40,834 nt of DNA from Deltaproteobacteria bacterium (lineage in GTDB: Bacteria; Desulfobacterota; Binatia; UBA12015), in NCBI GenBank assembly GCA_009885395.1, contig VFKT01000027.1, positions 1 to 40,834 of the forward strand, given 5' to 3'. The translations under genes and the position numbers were made by a program. The notes below the pieces were generated by a model. The model made no database searches. It was not told where the DNA came from and saw only the letters and a list, made by a program, of their open reading frames with translations. This document shows positions 1 through 8,953 of the stretch, one piece after another. The stretch's first letter is position 1; each line of letters opens with the position of its first letter.

Positions 1-31
1 CGGCAGCGGTCCGATCTGGGGCAGGGAACCC

Positions 32-1012
32 ATGCTCTACCGGCAAGCCTTTGGGGTGCTGGGCTATCTCGGGATCTACGGCTCGGGGGCCGATGCGGCG
101 CTGCGCCAGGTGGTGCTCGCCCCGGAATGGCTGCTGGCGGGTGTGCTGACGCTGCTGGCTGGCCTTTTTGGTGGCGTTGCGATGCTGGCTGCCGGTCTGG
201 GAATGTTGGTTCCGACCTTGATTGCGGCACGCCGCGAGACACGCCATCGGGCGCGGGTCAGCGCGGCCGCTTTCGAGCGCACACGGCGCGACGACGATTC
301 CCGAGGGGTGCAACGACCGCTGCTCACCGGGCTCGTTCTGCTCGGCCGGGCGGTTAGGCGCTTTGGTCAGATGCGGGCCCTTGCCGAGCGCGGGTTCGGC
401 TGGCATTCGATTGACGCCGGCGGCCATTCCGCGAATGGCTTGTCGCGAAGCCGTGGCCTGAGCTGGCAAGGATGTCTTTGGTGGGAGCAGGGCCCGGAAG
501 CCCCCGTCCTTCTTGATTTAATGCTTTGCGAGCTGGAGCGCCAGGGCCTCGATCCGGTAGCGGGTGGGGGTTACGCCTCTTTCGATTTTCGCGCTCTGGC
601 TGGTCTCTGGTGGCGGATCGAGAGTCGGGCGATGGTCGAGGAACACGGTAGTGGCCGCCGGCTCGCCCGCTTCTCGTTCGAACCCCGGGTGCCCTTGTCG
701 GTCCTGATGCTCCTGCTGCCTTTCCTTCCCCTTCTCGGGACCTCGATTTTCGAGGGAAGCTGGCTTGGGCTCGGCCTGAGTGGCGCGGTTTTGGGCGGCT
801 TTGGGCTGGGTGCCCTGGTGACGCTGCGGACCACCAGGCAGAAGCTGTCTGCGGCTCTTACGAACGTTGCGCTTGCCAGCGGTGGCCTGGTGCTGGCTGG
901 GCAGAAGGCTCGCGCCGGAAGTGCGCCCGTGCCGGTCGAGACCCGAGTCAATCCGTCCGTGACCGAGGATGAACTTGCCGAAGCGGTCGCGAGTGCCGTG
1001 GCCGCGCGATGA
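32..1012 (+). CDS. Multi-pass membrane protein of unknown function, possibly 5'-truncated by the window edge
   Basis: The frame stays open from nt 2 with no upstream stop, so the true start may lie outside the window. Hydrophobic helices are present (LLAGVLTLLAGLFGGVAMLAAGLGMLVPTLIAA; LSVLMLLLPFLPLLG; LGLSGAVLGGFGLGALVTL). The stop overlaps the next start (ATGA at 1009-1012). I recognise no family motif. Confidence 0.5.
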   Translation: MLYRQAFGVLGYLGIYGSGADAALRQVVLAPEWLLAGVLTLLAGLFGGVAMLAAGLGMLVPTLIAARRETRHRARVSAAAFERTRRDDDSRGVQRPLLTGLVLLGRAVRRFGQMRALAERGFGWHSIDAGGHSANGLSRSRGLSWQGCLWWEQGPEAPVLLDLMLCELERQGLDPVAGGGYASFDFRALAGLWWRIESRAMVEEHGSGRRLARFSFEPRVPLSVLMLLLPFLPLLGTSIFEGSWLGLGLSGAVLGGFGLGALVTLRTTRQKLSAALTNVALASGGLVLAGQKARAGSAPVPVETRVNPSVTEDELAEAVASAVAAR

Positions 1013-2718
1013 GCGAATCGCTCGGCCTCCTGAACTGGGTGGTCCGACGGACCGCCGGACGACGCTTTGCCCTGCTCGGCGGCGTGGCGCTCGCGGTGGG
1101 TGCGACTATCGCCGGGCTGGCGCGTCCTTGGCCGTTGAAATGGATCGTCGATGATGTCCTCGGTGGGCTGAGCGGCGGCGTCGCCAGACCCGAATACCTC
1201 TGGCCGGCAATCGCTCTTTTTGTCGTGGCGCAGATCCTCGCCGAGTTGCTCCGCTTTCTGGCGGATCGGGCGACGGTGGTGGTCGGTCACGCGCTGGTCA
1301 CGGAACTGCGAACCGAGACTTTCCACGCTTTGCAGAATTCGACACCGCGCCGCGGTCCAGCCCTTCAGACCGGCGACCTGGTATGCCGGCTGGCGGCCGA
1401 CACGCTCGCGCTGCAAACGGTCGCGACCACGGCCTTTGTCCCGATGGTCACGGCGGTCGCGACCCTGCTCGGGCTTTCCGTGGTCGCGATGGCGCTGAAT
1501 CCCGAGCTGACCACGGTGGCTTTTTTGGCCTTGCCGCTCCTGATCATCCCGCTCAAGCTCTTTGGCCCGGCGATCTCCAGGCACGCCGGGGCGTCGCGCC
1601 TGGCCGAGGGCCGACTCTACACCACAGCCGAAGGCGAGGCTTCCGGGTTGCGCGCGGTGCGGGCGCTTGGGGCGGAACTCCCGGCGCGGGGTCGTTGGCA
1701 GCAGGCGAGCCGGACGGCGCTCTTGGCGGCGCAGCGGCTCTATACCGTGCAGGGCGCCTATGGCGTCGTCGTCTCGGCCACGCTGGCGCTTGGAACGGGT
1801 GCGGTTCTGCTTGCCGGAGCTCATGCGGTCCTGGCCCGCGCGATGACTCTCGGCGATCTTGTGGTTTTTCTCGGCTACCTGAGCCTGCTCTACGCGCCAC
1901 TGCAGACGCTGAGCCATACTCGCGGCCTGCTGCGCGAGGCCTGGGCCGGGCTCGAGCGGGTGCGCGAGATTCTTGACCAGCCCCCAACCTTGCGCGACGG
2001 CTCGGTCGACGTTCTGGGCCAGCCGGCCGTGCTGGAGGCCCGCGGGGTGTCGTTTGCCTACGCGGCCGGGCATCCCATCCTCGAGGCCGTCAATTTACGG
2101 GCTCGACGCGGCGAATTGGTGGTGCTCGCGGGGCCGAGTGGCTGCGGCAAGACGACTTTGCTCGAGTTGCTTGGACGGCTGCGCGATCCCGATCTGGGCC
2201 GGGTTGAATTGGACGGTCAGGATATCCGGTCCCTGCGCCTCGCCTCGTTGGGGCGGGTGGTGGCGTTGGGAACACAGCCGCCGCTTGTGCTGCCCCTTTC
2301 GATCCGTGAGAATCTGACTTTTGGTCGGGTCTTTACGGACGCCGAACTTTGGCAGCGCCTCGAATCGGTGGCCCTGGCCGAACGCATTCGCGAGCTGCCC
2401 GAGAGGCTCGACAGCGTCCTCTCCGGAGCCGGCGATGGCCTGAGCGTCGGCGAGCGGGTTCGACTCACTTTGGCGCGCGCGCTCCTCGGCGATCCCGCAG
2501 TAGTTTTGCTTGACGAGCCAACGCTTGGCCTTGACCCGGAAAATGCGGAACGGGTGGTTCGCTTGCTGCGCGAGATCGCGCGCGAGCGGATCTGCATCGT
2601 GGCCAGCCACGCCCGGCTCTTCCGCGCCCACGCCGACGTGCTGCTGGATTTGCGCGGCCGGAAAAATGAGTTGCAAGAGGAACCCGTCCCGCTCGAGCGG
2701 GCTGCGGCAGGACGGTAA
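1009..2718 (+). CDS. ABC exporter, fused permease plus ATPase (MsbA/type I exporter-like)
   Basis: The N-terminal half is hydrophobic TM domain. It carries Walker A LAGPSGCGKTTLLELLG, a degenerate signature LSVGERVRL and Walker B VVLLDEPTLGLD. Length is 569 aa. Confidence 0.9.
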   Translation: MSESLGLLNWVVRRTAGRRFALLGGVALAVGATIAGLARPWPLKWIVDDVLGGLSGGVARPEYLWPAIALFVVAQILAELLRFLADRATVVVGHALVTELRTETFHALQNSTPRRGPALQTGDLVCRLAADTLALQTVATTAFVPMVTAVATLLGLSVVAMALNPELTTVAFLALPLLIIPLKLFGPAISRHAGASRLAEGRLYTTAEGEASGLRAVRALGAELPARGRWQQASRTALLAAQRLYTVQGAYGVVVSATLALGTGAVLLAGAHAVLARAMTLGDLVVFLGYLSLLYAPLQTLSHTRGLLREAWAGLERVREILDQPPTLRDGSVDVLGQPAVLEARGVSFAYAAGHPILEAVNLRARRGELVVLAGPSGCGKTTLLELLGRLRDPDLGRVELDGQDIRSLRLASLGRVVALGTQPPLVLPLSIRENLTFGRVFTDAELWQRLESVALAERIRELPERLDSVLSGAGDGLSVGERVRLTLARALLGDPAVVLLDEPTLGLDPENAERVVRLLREIARERICIVASHARLFRAHADVLLDLRGRKNELQEEPVPLERAAAGR

Positions 2719-2726
2719 AGCGGGCA

Positions 2727-3956
2727 ATGTCCAGACCTCGCGTGGTTGTTCTTGGCCTTGTGGCCCGCTGGCCGATGGCGGGCATGGTTTGGCAGGCGCT
2801 GCATTATCTGCTTCCCCTGCAGCGACTTGGCGTTGACGCCTGGTACGTTGAAGACCTGGGCGCGCCCCTCTATGCCCCGCGTCAACGCACGATGATCACT
2901 GATCCCGAACCGAGCGCGCGTTTTCTCGGCAATGCCCTGGCGCAATTTGGGCTTGGCGATCGCTGGGCGCTGCGTGATCCTCGCGATGGTTCCGGCTTCG
3001 GTCTCCCGGCAGACGAGTTGGAAGATTTGCTGGCGGGCGCCCATTCGATCTGGAATCTATGCGGTGCGGCCCGGATCGAGGAGCGCCACCAGCGCGGTGA
3101 CTCTACTCTGGTCTACGTTCAGACCGATCCACTCACCGAACAGATTCGCGCCGCGGAGGGCGACCTTGATCTTCGGGCGCAGCTCGAGCGCCACCCGATG
3201 CGCTTCACCTACGGTCCGGGCATTCTTGATAGCGAGGGGCGTTGTCCCGCCGGACTCGCCTGGACACCCACCCGGCCACCGGTGTTGACGGATCTTTGGG
3301 CGACAGGTCCGGCCCGGGAGGGAGCGGCGTGGAACACGCTTGGCACCTGGCGCAACGAGGGCAAGGACGTGGTCTGGCAGGGTAAGCGCCTGCGCTGGTC
3401 GAAGGATGCGGGCTTCCGGGCGCTGGCGGACGTACCGCGACGGGCCGGCGTGCGGGCGCAAATGGCGGTGGCTCCCGACCGGCCCGAAGAGTTGGGGGCG
3501 CTGCGCCAGGGCGGCTGGGAGATTGCCGACCCGGTCGAGATCTCGGCTGATATCAACGAGTATCGACGTTTCATCCAGGACTCGCGCGGCGAAATCACGC
3601 CGGCCAAGCCGATTTATGTCGATACGGGCTCCGGCTGGTTCAGTGATCGTGCAGTTTGTTATCTTGCCGCCGGACGTCCAGTGTTGACGCCGTCCACAGG
3701 TGAGGCCGGCGGCTTGCCATTTGGCGAGGGCCTGGTCGCGCTTGGTTCGTCGGACGAGGCGGTCGCCGCGCTGCGCGACATCAATGGTGATTGGGATCGG
3801 CATTCCCGTCGCGCCACCGAGATCGCAAACACGTTTTTTGATGGAGTGACGCTGGTCGGCGAAATGCTGGAGCGAATCGATTTCGAGCGCGCAAAAAAAG
3901 CTTCCGCATCCCCGGCCGTGGCTCAATCGTCCGTGACGTGGGGCGGGCGGACATAG
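2727..3956 (+). CDS. Hypothetical protein with a GT-B / CgeB-like glycosyltransferase C-terminal region (function uncertain)
   Basis: The C-terminal segment WFSDRAVCYLAAGRPVLT...GEGLVALGSSDEAVAALRDI resembles the C-terminal Rossmann half of GT1/CgeB-like enzymes. It lies 9 nt after the ABC exporter. Codon third positions are GC-rich. Confidence 0.6.
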   Translation: MSRPRVVVLGLVARWPMAGMVWQALHYLLPLQRLGVDAWYVEDLGAPLYAPRQRTMITDPEPSARFLGNALAQFGLGDRWALRDPRDGSGFGLPADELEDLLAGAHSIWNLCGAARIEERHQRGDSTLVYVQTDPLTEQIRAAEGDLDLRAQLERHPMRFTYGPGILDSEGRCPAGLAWTPTRPPVLTDLWATGPAREGAAWNTLGTWRNEGKDVVWQGKRLRWSKDAGFRALADVPRRAGVRAQMAVAPDRPEELGALRQGGWEIADPVEISADINEYRRFIQDSRGEITPAKPIYVDTGSGWFSDRAVCYLAAGRPVLTPSTGEAGGLPFGEGLVALGSSDEAVAALRDINGDWDRHSRRATEIANTFFDGVTLVGEMLERIDFERAKKASASPAVAQSSVTWGGRT

Positions 3957-5101
3957 CCGGCGCGGCGAAGCAGGCCTTTTGTGATGACGAGTCGCTGGAC
4001 CTCGTTTGTGCCCTCGCCGATGATCATGAGCGGTGCATCGCGGTAATAGCGCTCGACGTTGAACTCTTGGCTGTAGCCGTAACCGCCATGGATCCGCATC
4101 GCGTCCAACGCCACCTCCTGGCAGATTTCCGAGGCGAAGAGTTTCGCCATGCCGGCCTCGACATCGCTGCGCTCGCCCGAATCTTTCATCGCGGCCGCCC
4201 GGTAGACCAGTAATCTGGCGGCTTCGATTTTCGTCGCCATATCGGCGAGCTTGAGCTGAATCGCCTGGTGCTCGCAGATTGGTTTGCCGAAGGTCTCGCG
4301 CTGCTGGGCGTAACGGAAGGCATCGTCGAAGGCGGCCTGGGCAACCCCGACCGCCCGCGCGGCGATGTTCACGCGGCCAACCTCAAGCCCCGCCATGATA
4401 TATTTGAAGCCTTCGCCCTCACGTCCGATTAGATTTGAAGTGGGGATCGCGAAGTTTTCAAAGTTGACTTCGGCGGATTCGACACCCTTGTAACCGAGCT
4501 TCGGCAGGTCCCGGCTGATGGTGCAGCCCGGGCCACCCTTTTCGGCGATGAGATACGAGATGCCGGTGTGTCGTGGCATGGCGTCGGGATTGGTCTTGAC
4601 GACGAGGCCGAACATCGTGCCGGTCCGGGCGTTGGTCGACCACATCTTGTTGCCATTGACCAGGTAGTGATCACCATGGCGCCGGGCGACGGTGCGGATC
4701 GCCTGGGCATCGCTGCCGGCATGGGCTTCGGTGAGTCCGAAGGCGGCCCGCTTTTCGCCACGCGCCATGGCCGGCAGGAAGCGTTGCTTCTGTTCTTCGT
4801 TTCCGAAGGAACGGATGACGTAGGCGACCATCAAATGGGTATTCAAGATACCCGAGAGGCTCATCCAGCCGAGGCAGATCTGCTCGACGATGCGGGCGTA
4901 GCTGGAAACGCTGAGACCGAGGCCGCCGTATTCCTCCGGGATGGTGGCCCCGAAGAGTCCGAGCACCTTCATCTGGTCGACCAGTGCCTGGGGGTACTCG
5001 TTGCGATGCTCGAGTTCGTTGGCGACGGGCTTGACCTCCTTCTCGACGAAGGCGCGCACGGCCTGAATCAGATCGGTATCGGCGTCGGAAAGCTGCGGCA
5101 T
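3923..5101 (-). CDS. Acyl-CoA dehydrogenase
   Basis: ACAD-typical sequence runs throughout (LGLFGATIPEEYGGLGL, GLTEAHAGSDA, YRDAPLMIIGEGTNEVQRLVI). I trimmed the track ORF to the ATG at 5101, which has a GGAGG about 7 nt upstream on the minus strand. Confidence 0.9.
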   Translation of the reverse strand: MPQLSDADTDLIQAVRAFVEKEVKPVANELEHRNEYPQALVDQMKVLGLFGATIPEEYGGLGLSVSSYARIVEQICLGWMSLSGILNTHLMVAYVIRSFGNEEQKQRFLPAMARGEKRAAFGLTEAHAGSDAQAIRTVARRHGDHYLVNGNKMWSTNARTGTMFGLVVKTNPDAMPRHTGISYLIAEKGGPGCTISRDLPKLGYKGVESAEVNFENFAIPTSNLIGREGEGFKYIMAGLEVGRVNIAARAVGVAQAAFDDAFRYAQQRETFGKPICEHQAIQLKLADMATKIEAARLLVYRAAAMKDSGERSDVEAGMAKLFASEICQEVALDAMRIHGGYGYSQEFNVERYYRDAPLMIIGEGTNEVQRLVITKGLLRRAGYVRPPHVTDD

Positions 5102-5372
5102 GGGGGAACCTCCGCGCGGACGTTCACCACCGCGGCGCGACCGGCGCAAGCCCGTCGCTGATCCAGCGCGCTTTGTTGGGCGACGCCGGGGTCATCGAGG
5201 TAAGCGGAGATCGGGGCACGCGATCCCTGTCACTGCCTGCCGGTGGTCGTGGATCTGGCGCAGTCGTTCTGACAAGCGGCGGCCGCGGCCTGACGGCAGC
5301 GCTGGACCGCTGGCACCCGATCCGGCACCGTCTGCTGCGGTGGGACGCCAGCGGCGACAGCAAGCAGAGCCG

Positions 5373-6071
5373 ATGCTTCGGCTCGAGGAGGCACTTTGGG
5401 CCAGCGGGCTGCAGCGCGTCGCCGGGATGGATGAGGTTGGGGTGGGGCCCCTTGCCGGACCGATCGTTGCCGCGGCCGTGGTGCTTCCGCCCGGCTGCAG
5501 AATCGAAGGTGTGCGTGACTCGAAGGCCTTGTCGCGGCGCCGACGCGAGGTTCTCGATGGCGAAATCCGTTCGCGGGCGGTGGCGATCGGGTTTGGGATC
5601 GTCGAGGCTGCGGAAGTCGACCGCATCAACCCCCTCCAGGGCGGCTTGTGTGCCATGCGGCGGGCGCTCGATGCTTTGCCCGAAGTCCCCGAGCATTTGT
5701 TGATCGATGCGCGCACGCTCCCGGATATCGACGTGCCGCAGACCGCTTTGATCCGGGGCGATGCACGGGTGCATTCGATTGGCGCCGCCTCGATTGTGGC
5801 CAAGGTGTTTCGCGATCGCTTGATGGCCCGGCTCGACCTCGATTACCCGGGCTATGGCTTCGGACGTCACGCGGGCTACGGCACGGTTGTGCACCTCGAC
5901 GCTTTGCAGCGACTGGGCCCGAGCCCGGTGCACCGACTGAGCTATGGCCCGGTGCGTCGGGCTGCCGAGCGGCAAGCGGCGGCAGCCATGGGCTTGTCGG
6001 CCAGAGGGCGTCATAATGGAGACGATGAGGAGAACAGCGCCGAGCCCGCGTTGATTCCGGAAGGAGACTGA
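5373..6071 (+). CDS. rnhB: Ribonuclease HII
   Basis: Motifs GMDEVGVGPLAGPIVAAAVVL, IRGDARVHSIGAASIVAKVFRD and YPGYGFGRHAGYGT are present. I trimmed the R-rich 5' extension of track ORF 5100 to the ATG at 5373. Confidence 0.85.
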   Translation: MLRLEEALWASGLQRVAGMDEVGVGPLAGPIVAAAVVLPPGCRIEGVRDSKALSRRRREVLDGEIRSRAVAIGFGIVEAAEVDRINPLQGGLCAMRRALDALPEVPEHLLIDARTLPDIDVPQTALIRGDARVHSIGAASIVAKVFRDRLMARLDLDYPGYGFGRHAGYGTVVHLDALQRLGPSPVHRLSYGPVRRAAERQAAAAMGLSARGRHNGDDEENSAEPALIPEGD

Positions 6072-7562
6072 ATGGCGAATTTCTTGATGCCGAAGCTCTC
6101 CGACAGCATGGAGGAGGGACGAATTCTCCGTTGGCTCAAACAGCCGGGCGATTCAGTCGCGATCGGCGACGTGCTGCTCGAAGTCGAAACCGACAAGGCC
6201 GATATGGAGGTTGAGGCCACCTGGGCCGGAGTCCTGCTGAGCCAGAGCGTGGCCGAGGGCAGCAATGCTGCGGTGGGCGCGGTGCTGGCAACGATCGACG
6301 CCGCAGCGGCGAGCGCATCCGCCGGCCGAACCCCGCCGCCGACGAGCGTATTGGGCAGTCTGACCCAGCCGCCGGCGAGCGAACGAGGTATGGTGCTGCC
6401 TCCTGGCCCACATCGCGTCTCGCCACTGGCGCGTGCCCGCGCTGCAGATCTAGGTCTTGACCCCGCCGTGCTCGAAGGGTCGGGGCCCGGCGGACGGGTC
6501 TTGCAACGCGATGTCGAGGCGGCAGCCCTCTCGGGCGCTGGCGCGAGGCGCCCGCTGGTCGAGGTGCCAGGCCCGGCGCATGCGCTTGCCGAGCCGACGC
6601 GCCCGCTTGCCGAGCCGACGCGCCCGCTGGCCGCACCGACGCGCCCGCTGGCCGCACCGACGCGCCCGCTGGCCGCACCGACGCAGCCGTCGACCAATAT
6701 GACGCCGGCCGAGGCGCCGACTCCACCGGGCAACAAGGGCGGCGTCGTTCGGGTCGCCCGACCGCCCGCTGATGCTGCTTTGCCCAGCGAGCCGATTGCC
6801 ACCCTCGCGGGGAGCGAGCGGGTGCCGCTCTCGCCGATGCGCGCCTCGATCGCGCGACGCATGGTGCAGAGCAAACGCGAGGCCCCCCATTTCTACGCCG
6901 AGGTGACGGCTGATCTCGGCGAACTCTTGCGCTTGCGTGAGGCTTTGCGGCGCTCGGCCGGAGCCGGAGCCGGAGCCGGATCCGGCGTGACGCTCAATCA
7001 TTTCATACTGCGCGCCGTGGCGGGCGCCCTGCGCGAGCAGCCGGCGCTCAATTCCCGCTTCGCCGGCGAGGCGATCGAGACCGCGCACGAGATCAATATT
7101 GGCATTGCGACAGCCGTCACCGAGGGCCTGGTCCTCCCGGTTCTGCGCCACGCCGACACTCTGGACCTTTTCGAGATCGCCGAGCGGGCGCAGGATCTGG
7201 CCCGGCGGGCGCGCGAGCGCAAACTCCGCAGCGAAGAACTCAGTGGTGCAACCTTCTCCGTTTCAAATCTTGGAATGTACGGAGTCGAGCGCTTCGCCGC
7301 CATCATCAACCCGCCGCAGGCCGCGATTCTCGCCATTGGGGCGGCACTCGAAAAGACCGTGGTGAGAGAGGGGCGTATCGAGATCTCGAAGCTCGCGGTG
7401 CTGACGGTCTCGTGCGACCACCGTGCGGTCGACGGTGCCCAGGCGGGCCAATTCCTTGCGGCACTCCGAAGCCGGCTCGAAGAGCCGGTGGGACTGTTGT
7501 TGCCAGTGCCCCGGGAGTCGGCTGGGATAGCCCCCTTGGGGACGGAGCCCTCGGGTGGCTGA
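6072..7562 (+). CDS. 2-oxoacid dehydrogenase complex E2 (dihydrolipoamide acyltransferase), single lipoyl domain
   Basis: It has a lipoyl domain (LLEVETDKADMEVEA), a peripheral subunit-binding domain (VSPLARARAADLGLDPAVLEGSGPGGRVLQRDV) and a catalytic domain with DHRAVDG. AAGGAG lies 6 nt upstream. The ATG directly follows the rnhB stop. Confidence 0.9.
   Translation: MANFLMPKLSDSMEEGRILRWLKQPGDSVAIGDVLLEVETDKADMEVEATWAGVLLSQSVAEGSNAAVGAVLATIDAAAASASAGRTPPPTSVLGSLTQPPASERGMVLPPGPHRVSPLARARAADLGLDPAVLEGSGPGGRVLQRDVEAAALSGAGARRPLVEVPGPAHALAEPTRPLAEPTRPLAAPTRPLAAPTRPLAAPTQPSTNMTPAEAPTPPGNKGGVVRVARPPADAALPSEPIATLAGSERVPLSPMRASIARRMVQSKREAPHFYAEVTADLGELLRLREALRRSAGAGAGAGSGVTLNHFILRAVAGALREQPALNSRFAGEAIETAHEINIGIATAVTEGLVLPVLRHADTLDLFEIAERAQDLARRARERKLRSEELSGATFSVSNLGMYGVERFAAIINPPQAAILAIGAALEKTVVREGRIEISKLAVLTVSCDHRAVDGAQAGQFLAALRSRLEEPVGLLLPVPRESAGIAPLGTEPSGG
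6585..6689 (+). repeat. In-frame tandem repeat, 5 x 21 nt, inside the E2 linker
   Basis: Unit cttgccgagccgacgcgcccg occurs twice, then ctggccgcaccgacgcgcccg twice, then ctggccgcaccgacgcagccg. It encodes LAEPTRP x2, LAAPTRP x2 and LAAPTQP. Confidence 0.95.
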
Positions 7563-8940
7563 GCCCTTCGACCTGGCGGTCGTCGGTGCCGGGCCTGGCG
7601 GCTACAGCGGCGCCTTGCGAGCCGCCCAGCTTGGGATGCGGGTGGTGGTGGTCGAGCGCGAACGGGCGGGTGGCCTCTGCGGCAACTGGGGTTGCATACC
7701 GTCAAAGGCGATCCTCGCATCGGCCGAGGTCTACCAGCGCGCTTTGCACGGCGAGGGTCTCGGGATCGTGCCCGGCACGCTCGGCTTCGACTACGGTCGC
7801 ATCATCGAGCACAGCCGTGGCGCCGCCGAGCGCGTGGCCAAGGGTGTCGAGGGCTTGCTGGCGCGGGCCGGGGTTCAATTGATCCAGGGCGAGGCTCGTC
7901 TCGACGCCTCCGGGCAGCTTTGCGTCGCCGGGCAGGGAGTCATTCCCGCGGCCCGGGTGCTGCTTGCCGGCGGCACCGTCGAGACACGAATCGAGGGGGT
8001 GGTGGTCGATCCACCGGCGATCGTGGGCAGTCGCGAATTTCTTGCTGACCGCAGCCTTCCAGAATCGATGGTGGTCATCGGTGGTGGACCGATTGGAATC
8101 GAGTTCGCCCATGCCCTCGCGTCGCTTGGTGTACGGGTTACGGTGCTCGAGGCTTGTCCGACGATCCTGCCCGGTCTGGAGGAGACACTTGGCCGAGAAA
8201 TCGGGCGCAATTTCCGTCGACGGGGGATCGAAGTTCGGACCAGTGCCGCGGTGGCCAGCGTCGTGCGTACGGAGGGCGGAATCGTCGTCCGGGGACAAGA
8301 ACGGGGACAGCCCTTTGAACTACAGGCCGAACGCTGCCTGGTTGCGGTGGGCCGACGGGTGGACGCGGAAGGGCTCGGTCTGCACGATGCCCGGATCGAA
8401 ATGGAGGGCGGTCGGGTGCGCGTCGACAGCAGCTACCGCACCAATCGCCCGGAGATCCTGGCCGTTGGCGATCTGCTCGATTCGCCGCCCTTGGCCCACG
8501 TCGCCAGCGCCGAGGCCATCGCGGCCGTCGATATTCTCGCCGGTCGTCGCCCCGAGGGACGCCTCGACGAGCGTCGCCTGCCGGCCTGCGTCTATGTCCA
8601 TCCAGAAATAGCAAGTGTCGGATTGTCGCGCCGCGAGGCCGTGGCGAGAGGCCATGCGATTCTCGAAGGCAGGGTGGCCTACCGGGCACTCGGGCGGGCC
8701 GTTGCGGCCGACGATGACGCGGGCTTTCTCCTGCTGCTGGCCGACGCGCACCACGGCGAAATTCTGGGTGCCCATATCTGTGGTGCAGCCGCGAGCGATC
8801 TGGTCAGTGAAGTGGTGGTGGCGATGGAGGCCGAGGCGACGGTGCGCACGCTCGCCGAGGCGGTGCACCCTCATCCGAGTTTCGCCGAGGCGATTGCCGA
8901 GGCGGCCCGGGCCTGCTTGGGGCAGGCGAGCCATTTATAG
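7555..8940 (+). CDS. lpdA: Dihydrolipoyl dehydrogenase (E3)
   Basis: It carries the FAD motif VVGAGPGGY and the redox disulfide GGLCGNWGCIPSK, and the C-terminal dimerisation region contains HPHPSFAE. The GTG start overlaps the E2 stop (7560-7562). Confidence 0.92.
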   Translation: MAEPFDLAVVGAGPGGYSGALRAAQLGMRVVVVERERAGGLCGNWGCIPSKAILASAEVYQRALHGEGLGIVPGTLGFDYGRIIEHSRGAAERVAKGVEGLLARAGVQLIQGEARLDASGQLCVAGQGVIPAARVLLAGGTVETRIEGVVVDPPAIVGSREFLADRSLPESMVVIGGGPIGIEFAHALASLGVRVTVLEACPTILPGLEETLGREIGRNFRRRGIEVRTSAAVASVVRTEGGIVVRGQERGQPFELQAERCLVAVGRRVDAEGLGLHDARIEMEGGRVRVDSSYRTNRPEILAVGDLLDSPPLAHVASAEAIAAVDILAGRRPEGRLDERRLPACVYVHPEIASVGLSRREAVARGHAILEGRVAYRALGRAVAADDDAGFLLLLADAHHGEILGAHICGAAASDLVSEVVVAMEAEATVRTLAEAVHPHPSFAEAIAEAARACLGQASHL

Positions 8941-8953
8941 TATTGATTTTAAT

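Noticed and set aside
571-2073. A 500-aa minus-strand ORF antisense to the first membrane protein and the ABC exporter.
   Set aside because: Its translation is R/P/G/Q-rich and low-complexity with no recognisable motif. It lies entirely opposite two genes with clear motifs or hydrophobic structure. It is a typical high-GC shadow ORF.
3923-3956. A 34-nt overlap of the convergent 3' ends of the GT-like gene and the acyl-CoA dehydrogenase.
   Set aside because: It involves only the poorly conserved C-terminal tails of both proteins. Such overlaps are common in compact high-GC genomes, and it does not suggest a frameshift or misassembly.
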